Assembly (NCBI RefSeq): GCF_009914755.1
Contig: NC_060930.1
DNA: 64,000 nt
Reading direction: 5' to 3' (one strand)
Source: the human T2T-CHM13v2.0 reference genome, Homo sapiens
Part shown: positions 14,441 through 27,399 of the stretch, one piece after another
Layout of the letters: each line of letters starts with the position of its first letter
Position numbering within the stretch: the first letter of the stretch is position 1
Notes under the pieces: model-generated
What the model was told of the DNA's origin: nothing
Database searches by the model: none
Seen by the model: the letters and a program-made list of their open reading frames with translations, nothing else
Made by a program: the position numbers and the translations under genes

Positions 14441-15384
14441 TTTAAGAAACTGAGCATGAGTATGAATTTCTTGAAGAATATTTCCAACATTTTAGGAAGG
14501 AAAAAAACTTTAAATATTAATTCTAAATAAAAAATGTGAGTAATGCTATCTCATTTTAAAATATGAATATATTTTTGTTCATTATTGGCGACAGAAATGT
14601 TGGTTTTAACCAGGCAAGCCTCTTGAATAAAACAATTCGCTTTAGTTATTTTGTGCAATAAGCAACATTTTAGAGGCAACTTACAGAAATGACCAATGTT
14701 TATCAGTACACGCTCTGAAAAAAGCTCAGGATGAGGAATCTCATTAAAGAGGTAACTCGATGTCTTGAGACTGCACCTAATCACATCCTATCAGTCACGG
14801 TTTCAGATATGAAACTAGAGCATGTGAGTGGGAGTGAAATGAAACTTCCCTCCTTTGTGAGCAAGCATCAGCACAAGTGAGCGAGGCCAAATGCTTCTCA
14901 GGAGGCTCAGGCTGGGCCCATGCAGTGAGAGGCTCTGTATCCTCCTGCTTTTATCTCCACCCCACCCCCACCCCCAACCTTTCTTCCAACCACCTTACAC
15001 TATTTTCAGTATTTGCTTGCATTTTCTCCACCACAGTTTATCAAGCTTATCAAAAAGGGGAAGATCAGCACTTTGTTATTATGGGAAAAGGAAAAATGAT
15101 TGGATACGATGAAAATCTAAAAATTAATTCAATTTTTAAAATCATCAGATAAAAAATTATTGAAAAAATTATGGAGGCTAAAAATAAAACAAATTTTAAA
15201 GAGAATATGTAAAGAATATTTACCACCCCTAACTTCTCTCTTTATTCGAAGTACTCAACTTTTACCAGTTGATATTTATGATGGATAGATTTGTAATTAT
15301 CAAATGTGGAGCTATTTGAGCCATTTCCAAAGGAGTTAACATTGCTGTAGATACCTTGATCATGTTCATTTGCTGGTTATGTAC

Positions 15385-15730
15385 TAACGAAGGACAGAGG
15401 CTATGTTCTACTTCTAGTGACCATCAAAGAGGGAATGCAACAGAGTCTCCCGTAGACACTCAAAAGTGTTTGCTGAATGAACTCATTTGCATGTAAAGAA
15501 ATGGGAAGGGAAGTTTATGAAGAATTCTACAAGAAGGTTTCTAAATGCATCTTTTTTTTTAGGTGATCTTATACATGTTATGTAATAATAATGTACTTAT
15601 ATTTTTTCTTTAACTACTGGACCTGGAAATCTTTTCAGGACAGCAACTATACTTTTTTTCATTTTTGGTAATCCCTCAAGCCAGCACAGTGCTAGAAACA
15701 TGACAGATGCTCAACAAGTGTTTATTGTTT
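15385..15730 (+). mobile_element. Two L2 3'-end fragments
   Basis: gtagacactcaaaagtgtttgctgaatgaa and agcacagtgct..agatgctcaacaagtgtttattg. Confidence 0.5.
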
Positions 15731-16652
15731 TATCTAATTACTTGTGGCTATTAATTCTTGCTGTGAGCAAAAAGAGACCCTGCTCTCATGCAAAGTTAAA
15801 GAAAAAACATGAAGTCTTTACCAAACGACATTTAAAAAGAAAAAAAAAAAACTAAAAACTTGAATAAATGAAAGACATTATGTTCCTGAATTGAAGAGAT
15901 TGAATATCTTAATATTCAAACCAATTTTAATGTTGAATGCAATTCAATAAGAATGTCAATGAGAAAATAGATGGATAGATAGATAGATACATGACAGAGA
16001 TATCAATACGTTTTGGAAACTTATAGGTGATTTCAAGTTTATTCTGATAAAAATAGCCATTTCGGGGAAAAAATTGTCACGAGTGGGAAATGTACTACCA
16101 GATATAAAAATAAAAAACCTCATTAATTAGAAACGTGGTTCTGAGAGAAGATGTACAAGCTCAAAGAGATCAGACTAGATAGCTCAGAAATAGATAAGGC
16201 ATATATAGAAAATTAGTGTGTGATAAACATGGTATCATAAAATATTTGGGAGAAGAATTAATAAACTATGCTAAATATGTATATAGTTAAATGTTCTTTC
16301 ATCAGTGATGCTGCTTTATCAAAATGGATTATAGAGATATTAAAAAGTTAAATGGAAGACATAATAAATCTATTAGGAAAAAGAAAGACAATATGAAAGG
16401 TTCTTTTACTGATCTTGAGATGGAAAATTAAATTCTACATATAAAAGGAATGCAAGAACACTCAAAGGAAATAATTTATATTTTTATTACAAGAAGTAAA
16501 GAATTCTGTGTTATTATTCCAATTCAAAGAAAAAGCAGGGTAAATCAGAAAACATATTTGTAACATATACAGCAATTTTTTGTCATTTATATATAAAGAT
16601 TTCATGGAGAAAACTCACTAAATCTACCCATTAAGGTGAACAAAGGGCATCA

Positions 16653-17036
16653 TGGCAGAGAGTGCCAGTTGGCCAACAGAATTTCCCTCTTTTCAGTAGT
16701 GACAGAAATGTAGTCTGGCACATGGCTAGACTCATTCCCAGCCTACCTCATGGCCACATGTCTAAGTCATCTCCAGTAGAAGAGAAACAGAAATGATGTG
16801 CCACTTCAAGGCCAGGGCTTTTCAGGGGGTCTGCATACTGCACCTTCCCCTTTCTCCATCTTTCCTATTCTGCCTGTGTGGTATGACCCAATCTCAATAA
16901 TAAAGATTTAGGGGGTGGCAGAGCCTGGGTCTCAAACAGCTTGTGTCCACCTGCCAAATTAACACCTACTGGACAGGGTGATAAATAAACCTCTGTTTAT
17001 TTCAGACTTTACTTAATATTAGCTCACCTTAATACA
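16653..17036 (+). mobile_element. Old MaLR LTR (MLT1J-L-like)
   Basis: tggcagagagtgccag..ttcccagcct..tggccacatgtctaag..gaaatgatgtgccacttc..aataaacc..taataca. Confidence 0.6.
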
Positions 17037-17243
17037 CAATGCTTAAAAAAATGCAAATGACTAAAATACACTTATTTTCATTAAAAACCAAGAAAAATTA
17101 AAACACACTTTTTGTCTACCAAATAATTATTGCAAATATGGAAACAACAAATGCAAAAAAAGTTTATTTTTAGTAAAGGTTCAGGGAAACTACAATTCTC
17201 ATATAATTATTGAGAATGCATGCTGGTCCCAATTCTTCCAATA

Positions 17244-17245
<2 letters not shown>

Positions 17246-17276
<31 letters not shown>
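17246..17276. repeat. (AT)15 microsatellite
   Basis: Direct reading. Confidence 0.95.
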
Positions 17277-17278
<2 letters not shown>

Positions 17279-17533
17279 AATATATATAAAGTGTCTTGAA
17301 CAAATCACATATTTTAAATTAACAACTTGTCTTTGATAAATTTATTCTAAGTAAACAGTACTCATGAAGATATATGTGCAAAGATGTTCACTGCAATGTT
17401 CCTTATAATGACACATTTGGAAGCAAGTTAATACAAATAATAAGATGAATAACAGTAATTTAATTTAGTGTATTGATATGGATTGTTTAGACCCATTCAA
17501 ATTGTGTTTAGTAAATTTTATTTTATTTTTTTT

Positions 17534-17945
17534 GTGTGTGTGAGCAACAAGGCTGTTTATTTCACTTGGGTGCAAGTGGGCTGAGTCTGAGGAGAGAGTC
17601 AGCGAAGGGAGATGGGGGTGGGGCCGTTTTATAAGATTTGGGTAAGTAAAGGAAAAAGGGGGATTGTTGTCTGGCGGGCAGGAGTGGGGGGTCACAAGGT
17701 GCTCAGTGGGGGAGCTTTTTGAGCCAGGATGAGCCAGGAGAAGGAATTTCACAAGGTAATGTCATCAGTTAAGGCAAGGACCAGCCATTTTCACTTCTTT
17801 TGTGGTGGAATGTCATCAGTTAAGGCAGGAACAGGCCATTTAAATATCACTCTTTTGTGATTCTTCAGTTACTTCAGGCCATCTGGATGTATACGTGCAG
17901 GTCACAGGGGATATGATGGCTTAGCTTGAGCTCAGAGGCCTGACA
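17534..17945 (-). promoter_or_regulatory. 3' LTR7, U3+R only (TATA at 17627-17633, AATAAA at 17556-17561)
   Basis: Minus strand begins TGTCAGGCCTCTGAG; two ccttaactgatgacatt repeats; TATAAAACGGCCCCACCCC; stops at CTCACACA, then an A-tract; PPT AAGAAGACAGGAA immediately upstream (17946-17958). Confidence 0.93.
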
Positions 17946-18892
17946 TTCCTGTCTTCTTACATTAATAAGAAAAATAAAACATAATAGTGTTGAAGTGTTG
18001 GGGCAGCGAAAATTTTTGGGGGTGGTATGGAGAGACAATGGGCGATGTTTCTCAGGGCTGCTTCCAGCGGGATTAGGGGCGGTGTGGGAACCTAGAGTGG
18101 GAGAGATTAAGCTGAAGGAAGATTTTGTGGTAAGGGGTGATATTGTGGGGTTATTAGAAGAAACATTTGCTGTATAGAATTATTGGTGATGGCCTGGATA
18201 TGGTTTTGTATGAATTGAAAAAAGAACAGAATAAGACAAGGAGAAAAACAGGTATTAAAGGACTAAGAATTGGAAGGACCCAGGACATCTAACTAGAGAG
18301 TGCCTAAGGAGGTTCAGCATAGTCCTTCCAGCAAAGATTATTTATTTACTTTAAGAGGGAGTTAAGAGTGGCAGTTTGGGGATAGCACCAGGAGATATCA
18401 GCTGTGATGGCTTGGAGAAACAGTGTAAACCAGCAGTGTAAACAAGAGCACGGCATTTATGAGTAGTTGAGAACGGTGAATAGGAGTATGACAGACAGAA
18501 GATAGTAGGGATGACAAGTTTTGTTTTTTTGTTTTTTTGTTTTTTTTGGTGGGGGGGTGCAGTCCAAGTTGGTCTGGTGTCTGGAATGAGACTGGGGCCT
18601 AATAAAAAGGAGCGTCTATACAGGAGCTCAAATGGGCTGTACCCTGTAGCATTCCGAGGATAGGCCCGAATTCTGAGAAGGGCAAGTCGTAAAAGTATCG
18701 TCCAGTCCTTTTTAAGTTGGTGGCTGAGCTTGGTGTGGTGTGCTTTTAAAAGACCATTAGTTCACTGAATACTAAGAGCCTGAGAAACTGCTTGGGTGAT
18801 TTGACTAATAAAGGCCAGTCTGTTATAGGACTGTATAGAGGTGGGAAGGCCAATCTTCTGACAGAAGGGAAGAAATGACCGTGGTGGCCTTC

Positions 18893-19915
18893 TTAGACCC
18901 TGTGGGAAAGGCCTCTACCTATCCAGTGAAAGTGTTTACCCAGACCAAGAGGTATTTTAGTTTCCTGACTTGAGGCATGTGAGTAAAGCCAATTTGCCAG
19001 TCCTGGGAGGGGGCAAATCCCCGAGCTTGATGTGTAGGGAAGGGAGGGGGCCTGAATAATCGCTGAGGAGTAGTAGAATAGCAGATGGAACACTGAGAAG
19101 TTATTTCCTTGAGGATAGATTTCCACAATGGAAAGGAAATGAGAGGTTCTAAGAGGCGGGCTAGTGGCTTGTATTGTAGCATAGCCTGCCTTTGCTGGTG
19201 TGTGGCGATTAGGCCTGGTGGAACTGCCATCAATAAACCAAGTGTGATCAGGGTGAGAAACAGGAAAGAAAGAAATATGGGGAAATGGGGTGAATGTCAG
19301 GTGGATCAGAGAGATACAGTCCATAGGGGTCAGGTGTGGCATCAGGAATAATGTGGGAGGCAGGATTGAAGTCCAGGCTAGGAACAATGGTAATTGTGGG
19401 AGACTCAACAAAGAGTGAGTACAGCTGAAGGAGCTGGGGAGCAGAAAGTGTATGTGTCAGGTGTGAGGAAGAAAATAGATTTTGGAAGTTATAAAACTGT
19501 AGACAGTGAGTTGAGCATAGTTTGTGATTTTAAGGGCCTCTGAAAGTATCAGGGTGGCAGCGGCTGCTGCACGCAGACTTCAGGGCTAGGCAAAACAGTA
19601 AGGTCAAGTTGTTTGGATAAAAAGGCTACAGGGCACGGTCCTGGTTCTTGTGTAAGAATTCTGACTGCACAGCCCTGCACTTCAGCTGTGGGTAATGAAA
19701 AGGGTTGGGATGAGTCAGGGAGAGCTAGGGTGTGGGCAGTCTCTAAAGCTGTCTTCAAGGAAAGGAAAGAGGAGTGGGGAAAGGATTTAGAATCTATGGG
19801 ATCAGCTAGGTTTCCTTTTGTGGGTTTATATAATGGTTTTTTAGGATGGCAAAACCAGGTATCTAAAATCGAAAGTATCCAACCATGCCTAGGAAGGAAA
19901 GGAGTTGTTTTGTAG
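18893..19915 (-). pseudogene. HERV-H pol RNaseH/integrase remnants (frameshifted, deleted)
   Basis: Peptides HTWFIDGSS..KAGYA, LALPDSSQPFSL..VAFLSKQLD, ITSQCSICYST..HQARGFAPSQDWQIGFTHMP. Confidence 0.85.
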
Positions 19916-20024
19916 AAGGTGTTGGGGTTTGAGAGATCAGTCGGACACTATTTTGCAGGGAAAGCATGTGTGTTTTTATGACAATTATGCCAAGACAGGT
20001 AAAAGATGAGGAAGAAATTTGGGC

Positions 20025-20504
20025 TTAACTGAAGTAATGGGGGCCGTCTGTGAAGGCTTGCGGCAGTACAGCCCAGGTAATTTGCTGAGCCTGATGGGTG
20101 TCAGGGTCAGTCCAAGTGAAAGTGAAGAGAGGCTGGGATGAAGGGTGCAAAGGAATAGTAAAGAAAGCACGTTTGAAATCCAGAACAGAATATTGGGTTG
20201 TGGAGGGAGGTATTGAGGATAGGAGAGTATATGGGTTTGGCTCCATGGGGTGGATAGGCAAAACAATTTTGTTGATAAGGCACAGATCCTGAACTAACCT
20301 GTAAGCCTTGTCTGGTTTTAGGACAGGTAAAATGGGGGAATTGTAAGGAGAGTTTATAGGCTTTAAAAGGCCATGCTGTAACAGGTGAGTGATAACAGGC
20401 TTTAATCCTTTTAAAGCGTGCTGTGGGATGGGATATTGGCATTGAGTGGGGTAAGGATGATTAGGTTTTAATGGGATGGTAAGGAGTGCGTGATCAGTCG
20501 CCAA
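20025..20504 (-). pseudogene. HERV-H reverse transcriptase N-terminal fragment
   Basis: QYPIP..SPYNSPILPVLKPDKAYRLVQDL..NPYTLLS..FFTIPLHP..FTFTW..TWAVLPQAF; breaks before the YxDD motif. Confidence 0.9.
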
Positions 20505-20522
20505 GGAGGGAGTAGAGGTGTC

Positions 20523-20903
20523 CTATACTTGTGGGTTAAGGTGGGGGGATAGGAGAGGAGGATGCAAAAGAGGCTTTGAACTGGGGAAAGGGGTGGCAAT
20601 GAGGTGTGGCTGTAGTCCAGGAACAGTCAGGGAAGCAGAAAATTTAGTTAAAATGTCTTGGCCTAATAAGGGAACTGGGCAGGTGGGGACAAATAAAAAA
20701 GAGTGCATAAAAGAATGTTGTCTAAGTTGGCACCAGAGTTGGGGAGTTTTAAGAGGTTTAGAAGCCTGGCCGTCAATAGCCACAACAGTTGTGGAGGCAA
20801 GGGAAACAGGCCCTTGAAAAGAAGGTAATGTGGAGTGGGTAGCCTCTGTATTGATTAAGAAGGGGATGGACTTACCTTCCACTGTGAGAGTTACCCAGAG
20901 CAT
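20523..20903 (-). pseudogene. HERV-H protease with an inactivated catalytic motif
   Basis: VTLTVEGKSIPFLINTEATHSTL (DTGA changed to NTEA) ... PTCPVPLLGQDILTK. Confidence 0.88.
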
Positions 20904-20943
20904 CTATGATGGTCCTGTAGGCTTCCGAGGCAATCGGGCAGTG

Positions 20944-21900
20944 TCAGTCTTCAGCTGCTAAGCCGAGAAGATCTGGGAAGGAGTCAGTCAGAGAGCCTTG
21001 GGCCAGAGTTCCAGGGGCTCTGGAAGTGGCTGCCAGGTGAGTTGAACAGTCCGACTTCCAGTGGGGTCCCGCACAGATGGGACACGGCTTAGGAGGAATC
21101 CCGGTCTGTGGGCATTCCTTGGCCCAGTGGTCAGATTTCTGGCACTTGTAGCAAGTTCCTGGGGGAGGAGGTTCTGGAGGAACCCCTGGCAGCAGCGGTT
21201 CAGCTGTTTTGAAGTTGTTGTGTGCTAGAGATGTGGCTGGGGTTTCTCTCACAGTGGAGACAAGGAATTGCAACTCAGAAATACATTGCTAATTGGCTGC
21301 CTTTACTCTATTATTGTACACCTTGAAGGCGAGGTTAATTAAGTCCTGTTGTGGGGTTTGAGGGCTGGAATTTAATTTTTGGAGTTTTATTTAATGTCAG
21401 GAGCAGATTGGGTAATAAAATGTATATTGAGAATAAGACTGCCTTTTGACCTTTTAGGGTCTAGGACTGTCTCAGGGTTGCTGCCGAACGAGCCATGAAC
21501 TGGGCTGGGTTTTTCATATTTGATGAAAAAGAGCCTAAATGCTAACTGATTTTGGGAGAGGTCAGATAAAGAAAAAGGAGTATTAACCTTGACTATGCCT
21601 TTAGCTCCAGCCATCTTTTTAAGAGGAAATTGCTGGGCAGGTGCGGGAGGGCTAGTCGCAGAACAAAACTGTAAGCCGGACAGGCTGTGAGGAGGGGAGG
21701 TAATAAAAGGATTATAGGGTGGGGGAGCAGAGGCTGAGGAAGAGTTGGGACCTGGCTCGGCCTGGCGAGGGGCAGCCTGGGGAGGAGGGGAGAAGTCAGA
21801 TGGGTCTGTAGAAAAGGAAGATTAGAAAGACTCAGCGACGCTTGGGGTTGGGACTCAGAGGACAGGTGGGAGGGAAAGAAGGAGGATTTGGGATGAGTCA
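20944..21900 (-). pseudogene. HERV-H gag remnant with two zinc knuckles
   Basis: CYKCQKSDHWAKEC and CPICAGPHWKSDC; upstream GAKGIVKVNTPFSLSDLSQ. Confidence 0.88.
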
Positions 21901-22778
21901 CATTGGGAACAGAGACTAGGGAGGGAACAATGTGTAAAAGAATGCCTGGACATCAGGCACCTCAGACCGTTTGCCTATTTTACGATAAGAATTATCTAGA
22001 TCTTGTAGGATGGAAAAATCAAAAGTGCTGTTTTCTGGCTATTTGGAACCACTGTTTTGTTTGTATTGGGGTCAAGCGGCATTGTAGAAGAAAATAAGGC
22101 ATTTAGGTTTAGGTCAGGTGTGAGTTGAAGAGGTTTTAAGTTACTGAGAACACAGGCTAAGGGAGAAGAAGGAGGAATGGAGGGTGGAAGGCTGCCCATA
22201 GTGAAGGAGGCAAGCCCAGAGAAAAAAGAGAGTAGAGACATGGAGAGAAGGTGTGGGGAGTGCTTGCCCCCCCAGGAAAGTGGAAAAGGGATAGGGACAC
22301 GGAGAGAAGGGGTCTGGGGGTTCTTGCCACCCAGAAAAGTGGTACTTGCCACTAAGGGTGAAGGACCAAGGCAGGCGTCCCCGCATGGTCAGACATCTCT
22401 GAATTGTGGGTGAATAATCAGGCAGGTGTCCCCGTGTGATTAAACACCAAGGGAAGACTGTCTTCCCCAGTCTGTGACCCACGCTGGAGTTTTGGGTCCA
22501 TGGATAAAATGCGTCTCCTATCTCTACAAGAAAAGGAAAGGAACTGAAATTAAGAGAAGGGAGAGATTGACGTGTGGTGCCAAGATTGAAAGGAGAAAGA
22601 AGTTGAGGGATAGTGACGGAGGTTGAAGAAGAGAGTAAAAAGAGGCCGCTTACCTGATTTAAAATTGGTGTGATGTTCCTTGGGCTGGTTGGTCTGAGAA
22701 TCTGAGGTCATAGGTGGATCTTTCTCACGGAGCAAAGAGCAGGAGGACAGGGGATTGATCTCCCATGGGAGGCCCCCA

Positions 22779-22796
22779 ATCCGAGTCACAGCACCA
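22779..22796 (-). other. Primer-binding site, tRNA-His
   Basis: Minus strand TGGTGCTGTGACTCGGAT, one mismatch to TGGTGCCGTGACTCGGAT. Confidence 0.92.
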
Positions 22797-22799
22797 AAA

Positions 22800-22905
22800 T
22801 TTCACTCGCGTCCTTGTGAAGAGACCACCAAACAGGCTTTGTGTGAGCAACAAGGCTGTTTATTTCACCTGGGTGCAGGCGGGCTGAGTCCGAAAAGAGA
22901 GTCAG
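22800..22905 (-). promoter_or_regulatory. 5' LTR7 remnant: R-U5 only, no U3
   Basis: CTGACTCTCTTTTCGGACTCAGCCCGCC...GGTCTCTTCAC..GTGAAA; LTR homology stops at 22905 and host L1 sequence follows. Confidence 0.92.
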
Positions 22906-23434
22906 TCAGGAAAATTTTTAAATTACATTTAAATACTCATATCGTAATGGTTAGTATAAAAAAGCAGCACATAAAATGAAATGTAGAATATATTACCTAA
23001 TATATAGAGGGAACACCAGAACTGTATATATTTATAAATATAGACAATTTAATTACACACACTCATATATTTGACAGGATATATGACAAAATATTGTGTT
23101 TAAAACAAGTGATTTCTATAATCTTCCCTTTACCTTTCCATAATTCTTTGTTGAGTTCTCCACAATAAGTGTGTATTAGTTTATAGTTAGAAAAGAAGCA
23201 ATTTTGAAAAGAGAAAATGGGCTGTCAATAAACTAAAGTAGATTTGTGAAATTGTATTTGTCAATATAGCAATCATTATAGCAATTGATTTAAAACTGCT
23301 GCTTTTTAGAGGACTATGTTAGCTTTATTTAGTTTTGTTCTCTGTTTATAAAACATTTTATAGTTTTAGAGTTTCCAAGATGTAGAATTTTCTACGGAGT
23401 AGTATGAAGCTGACACTTCAGATATCAAATACTT

Positions 23435-24620
<1,186 letters not shown>

Positions 24621-24649
24621 CTTTTTAAAGTGCTCTGTGGTGCTCTATC

Positions 24650-24970
24650 CTAAGAATTCTAGCTGCCTTGCTATCCCCAGACTTTCATCTCTGTCTTCCC
24701 AACCCAGGGAGTTCTCCCTGCTTATCCTGCTTCTTCCTTCTTGGGTTATGGCCTAGACGCTCTCTCAAAAATTACGCTGGGACAAGTTTATGTCTTGTCT
24801 CATTCAATTCCTGTTCCTCACAGATCATAGCCCTTCATTTCCTGACATCCAGTTTCTTGAAAACCATTTTTTTTCATATATTTTATCGTGTGTGTTGGGA
24901 GGGCAGAGTGTACAGATTGTTTCAGGCAGGAGTACAAATCTTGTTCTTTTTCCTCCATCCTGGCCAAAAA
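24650..24970 (-). mobile_element. L1M 5'-region fragment
   Basis: Similar to 48330-48625 (ttcttgaaaaccatt..tttcaggcaggagtacaaatc..ctccatcctggcc). Confidence 0.5.
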
Positions 24971-26159
24971 AACCCCAGAAGAAATAAAGTCCGTAAGCGT
25001 TTATTTTATTATCATTTTAAAACAATATGGATATATTTTAGTACTTTTTATATGCATGTCAAGTTTTACATACATACAATTTTTAATGAAATTCTTAGGA
25101 GCTATGGAGTCCCTATTTTGAAAAGTTAACACAGTTTGAAAATAGGTTAGCATATTATAAGATGTTTTTCAATGCTTTCTTTTGAAACATTAGCAGAGGA
25201 AGCAATAGGGAAGCCACATAGAGACTGTGGAATAACAACTGGGGTTTCTGTCACTGGTAAATAGAGGTAGTAAATGGACAGCTATTTGTTGCTTCAATGA
25301 TGATTAGGTTACACAGGAAGCCTGTAGAAGCAGAAAGGTGACAGAGTTGTAGAGTTAGAAATGTAAGGCCTAAAAGAGCCCTGGTCAATTTAAAAATATA
25401 CAACAGAACAAGACCATTCTTTCCAAGTTTAAGGGAAAAAGCCTCACTAATTTAATGAAGCAAAACTTGATGACCGTTTGGACATTTCAATGGCACTAAT
25501 TCCCACTTAGGTTTTTGTACTCTTTTAGGATCCTTCCCTAAATTATGTGTTTTTCAAAACACATCTACTTTGCTATCTTCTTGGGCTTATATCAGTCACA
25601 GAAGATTCCAGCTTCAATCTGTTCTGTAGGGAAGTTAATTTGGAAGCCACAATTATAAATTCTCCAGTCCACCCTATCCCCACCACTTACTGTTACTTGA
25701 CATTGGGTCATTTTCATTCTCTTAATCAGTCTCTTGAAGCATCTGAATTTGTGGCTCCTCTTACTTGTACCCTGCTGTATGTAAAGTGCTTTCACATGTG
25801 ATGTTTAAGACAACAATCCTAAAAGGCAGGAAACTGAAGTTTAAAATTATACATTATACAGTCAAATGAAGATTTGAACATCAATCTCTCCTTATTCTAG
25901 CATCTAATCCCTTTTCACACCATCATTTGATTCTCTCCTGTCCTGATGGTGATGGTGAGGACAGGACACAAAAGGAGAGTCAACCATCCGAACCCACCTA
26001 TATGAGGTGACAACTGCCTTTCACCTGAAGTTGAACACCTGCAATCTGGAAGAGGAGAGAGGCAAAGCAATTCTAACTGGTCTTGCAGACTCAAACCTAA
26101 AAGTGAAAGCAAAGTCATTATAATAAATTTAGGTATCAACCCTAAGTCAAAACATTGAA

Positions 26160-27320
26160 GAAAGGAGTATGTGTTTTATTCAGGCAATCCTGAGTTCTAG
26201 TCAGTCATATCTCTTGCACTTACTAGTGGTTCAACCTTGGGCAGGTAAGTACAATTTCTGAGCCCCAGTCTCCTACTCTGTAAGATGCAGGTAATAATAC
26301 TCATACCAGTGGCGTGCTGGTAAATAATTAACAATTGACTCTTTCTGGAAAGTGTTTCCATATTTATACCTATTTAACTTTATTATAAATTTTTGATATA
26401 GACAGTACAAATAATAAGATACGCAATATTATTTTTTGCAAAGTGCAACTAACCATAGTAATTTCCATGTGATTTGCCATTTCTTTATAAATCCACTATC
26501 ATTTTTATAATCCAACAACAGCATCACAATATCAGACTATGAATAAATGCTTGATTACTATCCAATTCAGCAAAGAAACTCTTCATGTCATTGACAAGTG
26601 AATGTAGTTCTGATGTGAATATTGGTTGATAATTTTATTTATGTTAATGAGTAAGACAAAAATGAAACAGTGAAGACATGCTAGAATTTCACTCATCCAT
26701 CAATGATGTGAATGAATTCTTTGTTGAATCTAATAATAGTTATCAAATACTGAAAGAATGTTTTCTAAATTTTTTGTCCTATTCATGGTGTAATAGCTAC
26801 TGACACATAGAAGCAAGAAATGGTCAGCTGTTTCCTGTTTTAATGAAAAGTAGGCTAAGGTATATCAAGCTCTTTTTAGTGTGGTTGATTTCTATGATAT
26901 AAAGACTCTTGCCATGGCCAATTTGAAGCTCCCTATGTGATGTCACTAAACATGGAGTTGGGAAGAGAAGTGCAGTAGCACACCATTGTATGTTTCCACT
27001 ACATGTGTACAAAAAGTACAAGGAGACTCAGCATAATTTATATAAAATGTCCTAAAATAATTAGGAAGTATTTTTTAAAAATTTAATACCTGTGTTCTTA
27101 ATGCAATTTATTTTTAATGTGAGTTTATATAATTTAATTTTTAATAAGGATAATGTTTACTAACTATCTCAAAAAGTTCTGAAAATATAACAATCAACTC
27201 TCACTAGCTGGTGTGAGCTGGCTCCATCACACTCTTTCTTCACTACAGGACAATTGAGATGCTCAGAAATTGCATAGCTAACGTTCCTGATATATAGAAC
27301 CTGCTAAATATGTAGCTATA
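26160..27320 (+). mobile_element. MIR split by a MER63 insertion (MIR parts ~26160-26306 and ~27240-27320)
   Basis: cacttactag..accttgggcaggta..ctgagccccagt..ctgtaagatg..gtaataatac, with the 3' part resuming after MER63. Confidence 0.6.
26307..27235. mobile_element. MER63-type hAT DNA transposon
   Basis: Left end cagtggcgtgctggtaaa..taacaa; right end taacaatcaactctcactagctggtgtgagctggctccatcacac. Confidence 0.72.
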
Positions 27321-27399
27321 AGCTACACAATCCCCCCACCCCCTACTAAGGAAGATAGGCTCACTAGAAATATTTTTACTTTGTTGTTTTAAAAAAGGC

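Larger units (their letters stand above)
17516..22905 (-). mobile_element. HERV-H (LTR7) element of the common internally deleted type, with mRNA-like ends (R-U5 ... U3-R-poly(A))
   Basis: LTR7 sequence at both ends, His-tRNA PBS, HERV-H gag zinc fingers, protease, RT and IN remnants, PPT; 5' U3 and 3' U5 absent; T-rich tract at 17516-17533. Confidence 0.95.
15800..23200 (+). mobile_element. Old L1M (L1ME-like) ORF2/3' fragment, split by an MLT1 LTR and by the HERV-H insertion (L1 parts ~15800-16650, 17040-17515, 22910-23200)
   Basis: A-rich L1 ORF2 motifs (aataaatgaaagacat, ctaccagatataaaa, caaagatgttcactgcaatgtt, atggttagtataaaaaagcag); sequences on either side of HERV-H read as one continuous L1. 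Confidence 0.7.

Noticed and set aside
20025-21273. HERV-H gag/pro/RT ORFs as functional genes
   Set aside because: Fragmented by stops and frameshifts, protease DTG mutated to NTE, RT lacks YxDD, no 5' promoter.
22779-22796. tRNA-like sequence (also 55262-55279)
   Set aside because: Only 18-nt primer-binding sites complementary to tRNA 3' ends, not tRNA genes.
24668-25129. 153-aa ORF on the + strand
   Set aside because: Lies largely over antisense old L1 5' sequence, non-ATG start, no recognisable domain.
26240-26250. Perfect splice donor CAG|GTAAGT
   Set aside because: Lies in a MIR core, and I found no convincing partner acceptor or ORF.
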